Shown: positions 12,595 through 26,260 of the stretch, in pieces
Numbering within the stretch: the stretch's first letter is position 1
Layout: each line of letters begins with the position of its first letter
Origin: Octopus vulgaris
Lineage: Eukaryota
Assembly: GCA_951406725.2 (NCBI GenBank)
Contig: OX597819.1
Coordinates: forward strand, 88,598,001-88,662,000
Reading direction: 5' to 3'
Length of the DNA stretch: 64,000 bases
The notes under the pieces: generated by a model
What the model was told of the DNA's origin: nothing
What the model saw: only the letters and a program-made list of their open reading frames with translations
Databases searched by the model: none
Program-made: the position numbers and the translations under genes

Positions 12595-13826
12595 GGATCT
12601 TTTCGGTTTGAACGGCAGTTCTTTCTAGCGGTGTCATATGAAATTGTCACCTATAATTATGACCCTAGTATCGATCTATTGCATTTCAATCTATTTTAGG
12701 GTTAGGGTTAGTTAGGGGTTGGGGGAAGGGTATCTTTTTTTCTTCACAAATGTAAATAAACCCAATCTGTTTCTTAAACGAGGGACATATTCATACGGCA
12801 CAGAATGTTTTTTTTCACCTCAAATACGTCAGTGATTGGTTGAAATTGCAGAAATTGAAGAAAAAAAACAACAAATATCTTACAAACTATAGAATTTGGC
12901 GAAGTTTCGCTTGTCGTAGCACAACTTTTCCGACTTCGCCAATTTGGCGAAGTTTCGCTTGTCGTAGCACAACTTTTCCGTCGATTTCCGTAAAAAACTT
13001 TTATTTTTTTACATAAGTAATGAGAGCGAAAGAGACTAAGAGGAAGCGATTTTATGACGAGGGAAGTTTGTCTTTGAAGTTACCGTCTAGGGGATAGGGG
13101 AAGCATTGATGTACATGTGTGTGTGTGTGTTTGATGGGGTGTGGGAGACAGTATGTTGTGTAAGTGAAGTGCTTCTGTTAGTGTGTGTGAAGAGACAGAG
13201 AGAGTAATGTGTGAAAGAGAGAGATAACTGAAATTTTTTACTCGGTGTGTGTGTATATGTATGTATGTATGTGTGTGTGTGTATGTATCTATGTATGTGT
13301 GTGTGTAAGTATGTGTGTGTATGTATGTATGGCCGATTCATCGTAATTACGATGAATCGGCCATACATACATACACACACACATACATAGATACATACAC
13401 ACACACATACATACATATACACATACACCGAGTAAAAAATTTCAGTTATCTCTCTCTTTCACACATTACTCTCTCTGTCTCTTCACACACACTAACAGAA
13501 GCACTTCACTTACACAACATACTGTCTCCCACACCCCATCAAACACACACACACACATGTACATCAATGCTTCCCCTAGACGGTAACTTCAAAGACAAAC
13601 TTCCTCGTCATAAAATCGCTTCCTCTTAGTCTCTTTCGCTCTCATTACTTATGTAAAAAAATAAAAGTTTTTTACGGAAATCGACGGAAAAGTTGTGCTA
13701 CGAAAGCGAAACTTAAAGCCAAGAGAAAAAGATGTTTTATAAACACATTCTACCAGTATACGAAGTTTAAAATTTTTAGTTACCTAGAAATTATGTTAAA
13801 AACTGCCGTTCAAACCGAAAAGATCC
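12595..13826. mobile_element. GGATCTTTTCGG-family MITE carrying a large palindromic insertion
   Basis: TIR GGATCTTTTCGGTTTGAACGGCAGTT / AACTGCCGTTCAAACCGAAAAGATCC, perfect 8-bp TSD ATTATAAC; body matches the 416-bp copy at 16797-17212 apart from ~12896-13714. Confidence 0.9.
12950..13714. repeat. Spacer-less ~765-bp palindrome
   Basis: Symmetry axis between 13346 and 13347 (ggccgattcatcgtaa|ttacgatgaatcggcc); arms nearly identical reverse complements with small indels. Confidence 0.9.
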
Positions 13827-14331
13827 ATTATAACTAAACGGAAGACCAGTTATAATTAATGAATTCTATTAATTCATTTACGAAGCAAATATCTGGAATA
13901 AAAAAATAGTGTGGTAGATATTAAACTACTTCCTCTAAACGAATATGACAAAAAAGTGTGCGCTCGTGAAAGGGGGTGGAGGAAAAGGGGGAGGAAAATT
14001 CACATCGGTCAAGTTTCTACAGATAAATATCAAAACATTTTTAATAATAAAAATGAAACTCGAGTACAATGTGACTGAAGACACGCAAAGCTGTTGCAAA
14101 TTCTACTGATTGCATAGTATTTTTATGCTTGTAACCTAGAAAAGATTATACATGCGCATGATCAGTTTATATGAGTGTTTGAGTGTGTGAAAGAAAGAAA
14201 GAAAGAGTTGTTTTTTTTTTGTATACATATATATATAGCTATGAGGGAAACTTTTATTGCAGAACTTTACAATAATAGGTAGCAACCAGAAGTTATTGAA
14301 TTTATTTTTTTAAGCAATATCTGCTGTAGAC

Positions 14332-14419
14332 ATGGCTCCGTCTCACCGATACCAGGACAAAGTTGTCATTGTTACAGGTGGTGCCCGTGGAATTGGGAAA
14401 GGATGTGTTGAAACATTCG
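14332..14419 (+). CDS. HSD17B14: HSD17B14-like SDR (17-beta-HSD14 / L-fucose dehydrogenase), copy 1, exon 1
   Basis: MAPSHRYQDKVVIVTGGARGIGKGCVETF with Rossmann TGxxxGIG; ends G|gtaact (phase 1). Confidence 0.92.
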
Positions 14420-14605
14420 GTAACTATATTTGTTTAAATTAACTTGTTTTAGATTTCATGTGTGTGTGAGAGTATATATATATCATTAGGGTTCAACCAA
14501 ATGTAAATTTTAAATACAGAAAATTTAGAAATAGCAGCCAAAGACTGATTATTCCTATTTACCACAGATATAGCTATATAATTATTTACCTTTATTTTAG
14601 TAATG

Positions 14606-14642
<37 letters not shown>

Positions 14643-16008
14643 TCGGTAGCCACAACACACACATTTTTTTCTCTCCTTGTTTCTTTCTATGGTCGAGCGT
14701 AGGCTCGAAACGTAAAAGACTTTTTCAATTCCTTAGCCTTATACTAATACACCTATTTGTTTTCCACACCACCTGTCTTCGTCTTTTGTTTGTTTTTTTT
14801 TTCGTTAATTCTCCTCCTATATATATACACACAGACACATACATAAACACTAAACAGCAAAATCTTTTTGGTAATGAAAATTTACGACTGTGTGTGTGCG
14901 TATACACACACAAAAGCGTAGATTTTCATTACCCAAAACTTTTTGCTGTTAAGAGCTCCATTTAAGGACGGACACACACACTCTCTCTCTCTCTCCTATG
15001 CAACGTATTATGTATTTAATACGCAGCTAATGTCATTTCCTCATCTTTACAGAGGTCTGTAAACGTAGGTTTCGCATTATACGTAGGTTTCACATTATAC
15101 TTGTATTAACATCAAAACAATAGACCATTGAGAAAAGTGCGTTGCAAAAGTTCTGAAATATTTATTTTTCTTCTCTGTAACTGCTCATTTTATTATATTT
15201 TTTTTTTTACAAACACATAGTAAGCACTTCGTAAATTTTTTATCACGGTTCATTGTGAGACGGGCGGAGTTTCGGATCAGAGCACCCACATAAGTTAGAT
15301 TTTCTCCGTTTTCGCGGGGTTTTATTCTCTCTCTCTCTCTCTCTCTCTCTCTACTGCGGTCTTTGAACTGATTGGGAGAATCTTTCTAGGAAAAAAATTT
15401 TGAAATCTATATATTTTCTTCACCACCATATATTTACTTCACCTCCTATGAACCGATTTTGGCCCCCTTTTGTTTTTTTTATATTTTGTTTTTTTTTGCA
15501 CTACGCATTTAAAAACCATGGGAGAAGCCCTTTCGGTAAAAAGAAAAAAAATTTTAAATATTTTCAGACGAAAAGGTGGGTGATTTAAGAGGCACTTATC
15601 TGATCCGCTATTGTTTCTAGCATATCGCACGACCACCTTTCTCGTTTCTTTATCACTCTATGTATTGATGTCTTTCAAAATTTTCAATTTTTTTTTTTTC
15701 GTTAAATCATGCCCTTCCTCCCTGCACCTCATTTCGAAAGCTATGATGATGAAGAAATTGAAAAAAACCCCGTCAAAACGAAGAAAATCCAACTTTTGTG
15801 GGCGTCCTTATCCGAAACTTTGCTGTAAGAAGTATCAAATAACTATTCGTCAACGAGATACGCCCACCTTGGCAGAGGGTCATATATCCACGTGTGCGTA
15901 CTAACAGCTTACGCATATTAACCAAACGCAAAAAGCGGGAAGAAATACCGCTATGCATTTTGTCCGTTGCGGTAACGATTCTACCTTCGGGGCAGAAAAA
16001 GGCGGCGA

Positions 16009-16417
16009 GCTGGCAGAAGCGTTAGTAAGCCGGGCGAAATACGTAGCCGTATTTCGTCGGCCGTTACATTTTGAGTTCAAATACCGCCGAGGTCGACTTT
16101 GCCTTTCATCCTTTCGGGGTCGATAAATTAAGTATCAGTTACGTACTGGGGTCGATGTAATCGACTTAATCCGTTTGTCTGTCCTTGTTTGTCCTCTCTG
16201 TGTTTAGCCCCTTGTGGGTAATAAAGAAATAGGTATTTCGTCTGCCGCTACGTTCTGAGTTCAAATTCCGCCGAGGTCGACTTTGCCTTTCATCCTTTCG
16301 GGGTCGATAAATTAAGTATCAGTTACGTACTGGGGTCGATGTAATCGACTTAATCCGTTTGTCTGTCCTTGTTTTGTTCCCTCCGTGTGTAGCCCCTTGC
16401 GGGCAGTAAAGAAATAA
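16009..16417 (+). mobile_element. SINE family B tandem dimer
   Basis: Full unit starting aaggcggcgagctggcagaa plus a second unit starting at ggtatttcgtctgcc (16232). Confidence 0.85.
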
Positions 16418-16796
16418 GATTATCAGTGAAATTGAGTAAACGGAAACTATATGAATGTTTATATATTAGTTTCCCGGATAAAGAACACGAACATCTTATA
16501 ATAGATGTTATTAGTGTCCAAATTTTATAAAAGTATTGAGTTTTCAGTATTGAAAATAATCATGTTATAGTGTTTCACGTTCAGGAAATTCAAAACCTTT
16601 CAATTTATTAAGGATGGAAATTACAGTCGTAAACGAAATGTATTTATATAAAAAGAAATATATTGAAGACAAAAAGAAAAGTGGAAACGCTTGTAAATAT
16701 AACACAAACCCGTTTCTTCTTAAGAGAGAAAAAATACAGATTAAAATAATCACGCGACTACCGTCTTACGAAGTCATTTCAGACGTGACTATCTTG

Positions 16797-17212
16797 GGAT
16801 CTTTTCGGTTTGAACGGCAGTTCTTTCTAGCGGTGTCATATGAAATTGTCACCCATAATTATAACCCGAGTATCGATCTATTGCATTTCAATCTGTTTTA
16901 GGGTTGGGGTTATGGGGTGGGGGAAGGGTATATTTTTTTCTTCACAAATGTAAATAAACCCAATCTGTTTCTTAAACGAGGGACATATTCATACGGCACA
17001 GAATGTTTTTTACCACAAATACGTCAGTGATTGTTTGAAATTGCTGAAATTGAAGAAAAAAAACAACAAATATCTTACAAACTATAGAATTTTCTCAATA
17101 AAGCCAAGAGAAAAAGATGTTTTATAAACACATTCTACCAGTATACGAAGTTTAAAATTTTTTAATTACCTAGAAATTATGTTAAAAACTGCCGTTCAAA
17201 CCGAAAAGATCT
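16797..17212. mobile_element. GGATCTTTTCGG-family MITE, 416 bp
   Basis: Same TIRs as 12595-13826; 8-bp TSD CTATCTTG/CTATCCTG (one mismatch). Confidence 0.9.
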
Positions 17213-17944
17213 CTATCCTGTCTTAATTTTTCACAATTTTTTTAAATGACATTTTGCTACAATTTTTAGCAGAACCTCCCTGGTTGGTTCGTGTCTGCGA
17301 CATTAAAAAGTGTTTTTTTTTTAAGTTTATTTTTTTTTTATTGCAACTCATGACCGACAAAAATTAGGTCGTCTTGTTTTCTTGTGGCAATTGGATCGAA
17401 ACTGAAATCGGAAAATACGCCAAAACGAAATCAACAAAAAGAACTTAGTTTCTATATATTCACTGCCATAAGAATAGGAACCCCTGTTCGTGATGAGTTG
17501 ACTGCAGAAGTAGATGTTTTGTAAGAAAGAAAAACTGAAAATGGAACAAGCACTATTGTTCTCTTAGTATCTGTACGTTGACATGTAGAAATGGTATTTA
17601 GAGCAAACAACAGCTTTTGCGAATCTCATTTGTTGCCTAAAATGGATTGTACATCTTCATTTGAAGATATTCGTTTTACATTTAAGTTTCCATTGATGAT
17701 ATATAGAGAGAATATTTCCTCGTTTCCGTTATTAATTAGATTTATCTCTTAAAATATTACTGTCTCTTCATTTGCACCTCCCCTTCAATAAACTTCGTTG
17801 TATTTTTTTAGTACATGCAGAGAACTAACTGAGTTTATACATAGAAAGTGACTATTACAGAAAATTGATTGGAAATGGATTTTTACAAAAAAAAAATGTA
17901 ATAAACTATCTGTTTAATTAACCTTGAAGCTTATAAGCATGCAG

Positions 17945-18345
17945 TATCGTTAACACGTCGGGCGAAATGCCGAGCGGTATTTCGTCTGCCGTTACGTTGT
18001 GAGTTCAATTTCCGCCGAGGTCGACTTTACCTTTCATCCTTTCGGGGTCGATAAATTAAGTACCAGTTACGCACTGGGGTCGATGTAATCGACTTAATAC
18101 CTATGTCTGTCCTTGTTTGTCCCTTCTATGTTTAGCCCCTTGTGGGTAATAAGGAAATGGGTATTTCGTCTGCCGTTACGTTGTGAGTTCAATTTCCGCC
18201 GAGGTCGACTTTGCCTTTCATCCTTTCGGGGTCGATAAATTAAGCACCAGTTACGCACTGAGGTCGACATAATCGACTTAATCCGTCTGTCTGTCCTTGT
18301 TTGTCCCCTCTGTGTTTAGCCCCTTGTGGGTAGTAAAGAAATAAG
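17945..18345 (+). mobile_element. SINE family B tandem dimer
   Basis: Two units, junction at about 18160. Confidence 0.85.
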
Positions 18346-19707
18346 TATTATAAATTCATTATCAATTTTACCGATCAGCTTTGCACTGCATATTAAACCG
18401 GAAAAATATGCTCCCTATTTTTTTCCTATACCTGCTAACACTGACTAACATGCTGTCATCTAGCATCCAGTTTAATACCTGTAATTGGTAAGACTAACTG
18501 TAATGGATATATAATTCTGTTCTTTTTGAATTATATACCCACTCTATTGACAAATATATGAAAATACAAAAGTAGACTTGATTAAGCAAAATAAATATGT
18601 GACTACATAAGTCACATAAGTAGCTTGTTTTAATATCCTTTTTAGTATTTTATTTATATTTAAGATTTAACATTTTTTATAACGACACATCTGTTTTTAA
18701 CTTTAATGACAAAATTGTTAAAGTAACTTCTAAGGGTCTAAAGATAATAATTATACTTCTATAATAATTAAGGTTCAGGTGTGGCTGTGTGGTAAGAAGC
18801 TTGCTTCCCAACCACATGGTTTTGGGTTCAGTCTCCCTGTGTGACACCTTGGGCAACTGTCTTCTACTATAACTTGAGGTCAACCAAAGCCTTCTGAGTG
18901 GATTTGGTAGACAGAAACTGAAAGAAGTCTGTTTGTGTCTTTGTTTCCGTGTTTGACAACTGTTGTTGGTGTGTTTATGTCCCTGTAACTTAGCAGCTCA
19001 CCAGATCTAAAACTAAAACTCAAGGTGGTGCTCCAGCATGGCTGCAATCAAATGATTGAAACGAGTAAAAGAATAAATCCTTTTAGTAATTTTTCATGCT
19101 GGCATGGTCTGGACAGTTTGGCCAGAGAGCTGCACCAGGCTCCGATCTGATTTGGTTTGGTTTCTATAGCTGGATGTCCTTCCGAACACCAGCCATTAGT
19201 CCCATGCTTTGATTTGCTTTGGGGGTCTATCATACTGCTTAAGATAGCCCTGCATACACAAACTATGAGCTTCCACAAAGTTTCCTTCTACCAAATTCAC
19301 TCACAAAGGCATTGGTCTGCCTGGGACTATACTAGAATACATTTGCCCAAGATGCCATTTAGTGTGATTGAACCCAAAACCACATAATTGTGAAGTGAAC
19401 AACCACACATCGCCTGTTCTACATCACCTGAATTAGCCAACAGTTTTACAATCACATTTAATGAAATCATTACCATTAATCACAAGAGTTCTTTAGTTTT
19501 GTATGGATTTTCACCCTGAAAATATATGTATATTCCCAGAAAGCTTGTATTCGATTGAAACTTGGTCACATGTTGAATGACAGGGAAATGAAACAAAAGT
19601 AAACTTGAATACCTTTAAGTCAGGTATTTCAATTTAAAAAAAAAACAGTTTATGAGCATGGGAAACCTTTATTTTAACGATTAGCCGTTTCCTGTTATTT
19701 AAACTAG

Positions 19708-20063
19708 TTACCCTGCACCTGTAAGCAAAAGCAGGGTATTGTAGTTGCTCATCTTCGTCTGTGTGTTTACAAAATTACTGGAAAACAGCTGAACGGATTT
19801 TCCCCGAATTTGGCAGAAACACTCATTTGGTGAGTGGCTCAAACTCATTATTTTGGTTTCATTGTCTTCAAAACTGGTGGACGGGTGAATCAAAATGTCT
19901 TCTTTTTTTTCTGTGTTACGTATGCATAAACGATAAGCAGGGGAAATAACTTTTGATGTTTTGAAATATGAATTCGTCTGCGATTATATTAAATTCAATT
20001 TTATTTTATCCCTGTGTGCAAGTAGCATATGCATTACCCCTCCGATGCCTTTTTTAATTTTCA
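19708..20063 (+). mobile_element. DINE/HINE-like (Helentron-associated) insertion
   Basis: Absent from the aligned position in paralog 2 intron 1 (..ctagt|atgatattgt..); starts with short inverted repeat taccctgc...gcagggta; family assignment is an inference. Confidence 0.5.
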
Positions 20064-20109
20064 TATGATATTGTAACACCGTTTTTTCTTTTTCTTTTTT
20101 TTTTTGCAG

Positions 20110-20148
20110 TAAAGGAAGGTGCAAAAGTTGCCATCTGTGACATCCTTG
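20110..20148 (+). CDS. HSD17B14: HSD17B14-like copy 1, exon 2
   Basis: Polypyrimidine tract + cag; (V)KEGAKVAICDIL; G|gtatgt; acidic residue after beta-2 typical of NAD-preferring SDRs. Confidence 0.92.
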
Positions 20149-20526
20149 GTATGTAAAATGATTTATTATACTGTCAAAATCTATTATCTGTTGATTTAGT
20201 TTCACACACACACACAGAAATGTGTCTATAAACAAACAAAACACACAAACATATAACAAAGCAAATAGAAAATAAAAACAAAAAAAAAAAACTCAAGGGA
20301 CATTCACAGTAAATTTTAGATTGATGCTCAAAGAAGGAAAAAAATTAATAGGATAGAAGTACATTCTGGACATTGTTCATTGTTGGATACTAGTGGAAAG
20401 TCATGGAGGGACAAGAGAAAGAAAAAAAGACCTTGGAAAAACCATGCACGGTTTAGGTTCACAATATATGTGTACATGTGTATGATTTTGTTTCTTCATG
20501 TATATGTTTCTGTGTGTGTATGTCTC

Positions 20527-20898
20527 TTTACTCTCTTGTTTGTCATTGACTGCGGCCATGCTGGAGCACCACCTTTAGTCAAGCAAATCGACTCCAGGAC
20601 TTATTCTTTGTAAGCCTAGTACTTATTCTATTGGTCTTTTATGCCAAACCGCTAAGTTACGGGGACACAAACACACCAGCATCGGTTGTCAAGCGATGTT
20701 GGGGGAACAAACACACACACATATTTATATATGCATATATACGACGGGCTTCTTTCAGTTTCCATCTACCAAATCCACTCACAAGGCTTTGGTAGGCCCG
20801 AGGCTGTAGTAGAAGACACTTGCCCAAGGTGCCATGCAGTGGGACTGAACCTGGAACCATGTGGTTTGTAAGCAAGCTACTTACCACACAGCCACTCC
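20527..20898 (-). mobile_element. SINE family A
   Basis: Reverse complement of the 35162-35563 type. Confidence 0.8.
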
Positions 20899-22215
20899 TG
20901 ATGTGTGTGTAAATATGTACAAAGTCTATTTGCATAGTAAAACTAAATGTTGCCAAATTATTCCATTGGTCAGGAGAAGACAACTGTTAACTACACTTAG
21001 ATAATTTGCAGCTTAAAATACTAATACTACATGAAAAAGAAATCTTGAGTACTACTCCCACACTCTGACTGGAATAATAATGTCTAGTAGTTTAATAAAT
21101 GGTTATTAGTTTCTGTAGCTAGGTGCTAAATGATTGGCTGTAGTAAGAATAACCAAAATAGACATGACAAATATTTAGTCTTTTCATTCACTTGTACTAC
21201 ATTGATGCTAATCTCGTGTATTAATTCCTTTCAAAACTTTAACCAATGCCTTATATATACATGTATGTATACACACAAACACACACACACACACACACAC
21301 ACACAATGTGCATGCTGATGTGTTTGTATGAGTGATTTTTGTATTTTCCCTCATCTTGACATGTGCTTGCTGTTTGTAAACAAAAGCATTGCATTTATAC
21401 TGGCTGTGTTGTTTGATTACAGTCCACCACAAAAGCATATGCAGGTTTCATAACATGTTGCACAATGTTCATAAACAAAAAAAGCACTTTCAAGTGGTGT
21501 CGTTTGTTTCCAGCTCTCCTTGTAACTATGCCTAGCCTGTTTGTTGTTGAACAGACCGGAGGATTATTGACTTGCTTGGGAACAGGTGAGGCTTGGCATC
21601 AGAAAGGGTTATAGAAAACTGCTTCAACACACTCTTGTCTTCTCCATGCAAGCAAAGTCAAGTAGACATTAAAATGAAGCCGAGAAGAATGCTTTGTATA
21701 GTTAAAACAAAATATTTTTGCTTAATGGTTTAAACTGAAAGGTGAATAGCCTGCTTTAAGATCATAAGCTTATTTACAGCATATGTCAAATTTTACAATC
21801 AATAAAGGAAGACCAAATAACAATCTGTTTTGGTGTTGGTTATTAGTCTAAATTATATAGGTGTTCCAGCAATAATACAGACTGGTAGATGCAGTTGTAG
21901 TAGCAACCAATAAAGTAAATAATAAAACATTATATAAAGCAGTGTATAGCCCAGGCATAAGTGGCTGTGAAAGTAATCAATTTACTTTGGAACAAAGAGG
22001 TTCTAAGTTCATTTCCATTGTGCAGTGCTGCTTTTGGTAAGTCCCTTCTAATGTAGCTTTGTGCTAACCAAAGCTTTGTGAATGTTAAACAAAAACCCAT
22101 CAGATGTACATCAGGATAAATAAAATCAATATATTGTTCTTAAAATATCTTGTATTTAGTTCTAGGTTATGCCTTATCTTTCAGTAAATTAACTAAAGCT
22201 ACAGCTCTCAAATGT

Positions 22216-22440
22216 GGAGGCGCATGGCTTAGTGGTTAGGGTGTCAGCATCATGATCATAAGATTGTGGTTTCGATTCCTGGACTGGGTAACTCGTTGTG
22301 TTCTTCAGCAAAGCACTTCATTTCACGTTGCTCCACTCCACTCAGCTGGCAAAAATGAGTCCAGCTAGGGACCACATATGCCATAGAAACCGGGAAACCA
22401 GGCCCATGAGCCAGGCTAGGCTTTAAAAGGGCACTTTTAT
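22216..22440 (+). mobile_element. tRNA-headed SINE (third family)
   Basis: A/B-box-like head ggcttagtggttag...ggtttcgattcc followed by body shared with the minus-strand copy at ~54146-54482. Confidence 0.7.
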
Positions 22441-23699
22441 TTATTTACAGCTCTCAAATGGCCACAATTCAGTGCGTGAACCCAATAAAAATTAACTGCC
22501 ATATCTGCTTTTCCTCCACGTGCTCTCCAGATTATGTCATTCAGTATTAGGTGGTATCCTTCCACTGCATTGTTTCATTACTCAAGTTTCTGAACTTTAA
22601 ATAGTTCACTTGAACAGGCAGTAGGAAGCCATTTCAAAACTGGATTCCTTCATGAACGCCAGATATTCTGTAGTACTTATGACACCACAGGGTTATGAAA
22701 TCAACCTCCACTAATTAAGAAATCACAACAGCCCTGTGGCAAGAGTCGTTGCTCTTTTAACATATGGAATTATTCCTAATTACAAACATGGTCCACTTCC
22801 TCAATCAATGTATAAGCATAAGAAGAAGGAATATCTTATTAATCAGTAGAATACTATCTCCCTATATAGTTTCCTGTTTCTCTTTCTCATTCCAAGATCA
22901 AATCACCTCAAAACCTTTCGTGTGTAAAGTTGTTGTAGTCACGGTGTAGAAGTGCATATAACCTCACCCTGTTCTCTGAGAAGATTTTCATTTTAATCTT
23001 TATTATAGAGGATGATTTACTTTACATCCTTTCCCACCTACCCCCAACCCACCCTGCTTCCCTTTTGCCAATCTGCTACTAGAATTCTAAACGACATCTT
23101 TGTAATTAGTGACTAGCCGTGAGTGAAGAACACATGAGAACAGAACTATTAGTGCCCCTTGCCAATAGTCAAACAGATATTTCAGAATATTGAAGCAAAT
23201 CTTTCAGCTCGTAAAATGTAAATGTGAATTGTTGCAGCCAATGAAGATGATGGCGTTTACATTCGTCCATGGCTAAACGAAATCTGTTTGGTAAATTGCC
23301 TGTAGATGTAAGTATTATTGTAACACGACTTCATGTAAATGGTTAAAAGAACTCTTTGCCAGAAACAATTGACTTTCTTCCAGCGGCTAAGTAATTAACT
23401 CGCTTCTCTTAAGACTTGAGGATGTGCCAGATGCCATAATATATTATCATTTGCCAAAACAGCAGCATGGCACAGCCAGGACATCAGTGTAAGAGGAGGA
23501 CAGGGAAGAGATCTTCTTGGACAAAGCATACCTAAGGAAGTTCCGATCCAAATTGCATTTGATAGTTCCTGAATAATTATTATCTGCTACAGATTTCTTA
23601 GCTATAATTTTTTCCCCTCACTCAAGATAATTGCCAGTTTTATCCATTGATAAAATGTTTAGCAAGTGAATATAGCAGCACTGTTTCAAATTATGATGC

Positions 23700-23736
<37 letters not shown>

Positions 23737-25296
23737 TGATTGTAAAAGAAATATCTGTATAGAGTATATTTAAATGTCAAAAAAATACTTCGGAATTCTA
23801 ATGATTGCTGTTATTTAACTCCTGGATCAACCCTAATTGACTTGAGCTAAAAGCAAAGGCATGCCAGCCATAACAATGTCACCTGTTTTTCGCTTTTTTT
23901 TTTTTTTTGCCAAATGTATGGCGCCCTTAATTTTTTTTTTTTTTTCAAGATAGTAAGCTATGATACGAAGGAGATTTTGCTGCTATATGCAAGTCACTGT
24001 AAGAGCTTCTTTTAGTGGCTTTTTTCATCATTTTTTTGTGTTATTAGTTGGGTATAGATCTGGCTGAGATAAATACTTTTTCAAAAATAAACGTAAAATT
24101 AGTATAAAAAATATACTTAAATTTTAAAGAAATTTCTTTTGGGTGGACCAGGAAATAAAATATAAAAAAAAAAGGAAAATCTATCAGGTATGGCTGTGTG
24201 GTTAAGAAGCCCAGTTTGCAACCACATGTTTTCAGGTTCTGTCCCACTGCATAGCAACTTTTCAAAGTGTCTTTTTCTATAACTCCAGGCCAACCAGTAC
24301 ATTATGAGTGAATTTGATAAACAGAAACTGTGGAAGCTTGTTGTGTGTGTGTATGCACATGCACGCATTTATTCCCCACCTTCACTGCTTGACCAACAGT
24401 GTTGCGTTGTTTACATCCCTGTAACCTAGCAGTTTGGCTAAAGAGACAGACAAAATAAATATCAGACATAAAACAAAACAAAAAACAAGCACTGAAGTGG
24501 ATTTGTTCAACTAAATCCCCTAAGGCAGTACTCTAGCATGGCCACTGGACTGAAACAAGTCAAAGATACAAGATTTCATGTCAGGCCTTTTATATAGAAA
24601 AACTATAGATCTTCCTTCACCCATTTATTGATTTTCTAAAGTACACTTCAGAAGAAAACTGTTCAACAACACAGCACCCATGACTTTTGGAAACATTTTT
24701 TTTTCACACTTTAGAATTGCTGAATTCTTGAATAAACTACCTGCATCAGTTGTTAGATGTTGAGACACTACATCCTTCAAAACTTCTATGCTTCTAGAAA
24801 TTCACCAATGGTACACCTAGTGACATCCTACCCCTATTTTTCACTGTTCACTTCCTGTGCGTATTCTATGTGCTGTTCATGCAGTTTTTTTCCTTTTTCT
24901 GATGAGTTGTAGTGCAACTGAGCACTGTATGCAATAAGTTCATTATATATATATAATTTTTTCATGTCAAACATTGTACAGCATTTGATGACATATCATC
25001 ATCATCTGGTTAACGTACATTGTTCTTATTTAGCTCCATGTTATCCCTGATCAAGTAGCTCTATGAATGGAGGCCTTAAACTAACCTGTGGTTTGAGCAT
25101 TCTGGCACTGATATTCAGTGTTTTATTCAAACATATTGCAGGCATGGCTGTGTGGTAAGAAACTTGCTTCCCAATCACATGGTTCCTGGTTCAGTCCTAA
25201 TGCATGGCACCTTGGGCAAGTGTCTTTTACTATAGCATCAGGCTAAACAAAGCCTTATGAGTGGATTTGGTAGATGTAAACTGAAAGAAGCCCATC

Positions 25297-25327
<31 letters not shown>

Positions 25328-25859
25328 TCCCCTCCCCCAACTGGTGTTGGTGTATTTACATCCCTGTAAATTAGCAGTTCAGCAAGAGGTTGATAGAATA
25401 AGTACCAGGCTTTAAAAAAAAAAGTGTACTGGAGTTGATTCTTTCAACTAAAATTGTTCAAGGCAGTGCCCCAGCATGGCCACAGTCTGACTAAAATAAG
25501 TAAGACAAATGATATCTATGACTACATTATTTGCTATGTCTTACTTCTAAGCAAGTACAAAAGTGACTTGAAGGTAACTCAGGTGTTATTTCTAACAGGC
25601 TGACTGACCTAAAGAGACTTCTTCTATTTAAGCATTCTTCTTTTGCTTTATATTTGTTCGTCATTGGACTGTGGTCATGCTGGGACACCACATTGAATGG
25701 TTTTACCTGAACAAATCAACCCCAGTACTTACATTTAAGTCTAATACTCATTCTATTGGTCTCGTTTACTGCACCACTAGATTACAGGGACATAAACCAA
25801 CACTGATCATCAAACAATGTGAGGTGACAAATGTAAGTGCAGTGATACACACATATACT

Positions 25860-26260
25860 CACACAGAAACATAGATGCACACATGCATACACACACACAC
25901 ACACACACACTTGCTCACACACTCGCTCGCGCACTTGCTCACATGCATGCTCACTCAGGTGCACACTCTTGCTCTCGTGCATGCTCTCGCTCGCTCACAC
26001 TTGCATGCTCTTGCTCGCTCACATGTGCGCGCTCTCACTCACTCACACTTGCACGCTCTCGCTCGCACACTTTCTCACTCACTCACTCTCACTCATGTAA
26101 ACTCACTCACTCACTCACTCTCACTCATATAAGCTCACTCACTCACTCAGACTCGTATAAGCTCACTCTGAGGCATGCTCACTCACTCTCAGGCTCACTT
26201 ACTCGGGCATGCTCGCTCACTTGCTTGTTTACTCACTCACTCACTCAGGCACTTTTCCAT
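25860..26260. repeat. Low-complexity (CA)n/(CACT)n/(GCTC)n microsatellite
   Basis: Directly visible; explains His/Thr/Ser/Leu-rich ORFs. Confidence 0.85.

Noticed and set aside
22217-22290. tRNA gene
   Set aside because: Only A/B-box-like head without a closable acceptor stem, continuing into a SINE body.
24899-24945. CTGATGA as hammerhead core
   Set aside because: No GAAA/stem III after the hairpin; looks like a LINE 3' UTR stem-loop. CTGATGA at ~6262, ~47187 and ~62145 also lack HHR stems.
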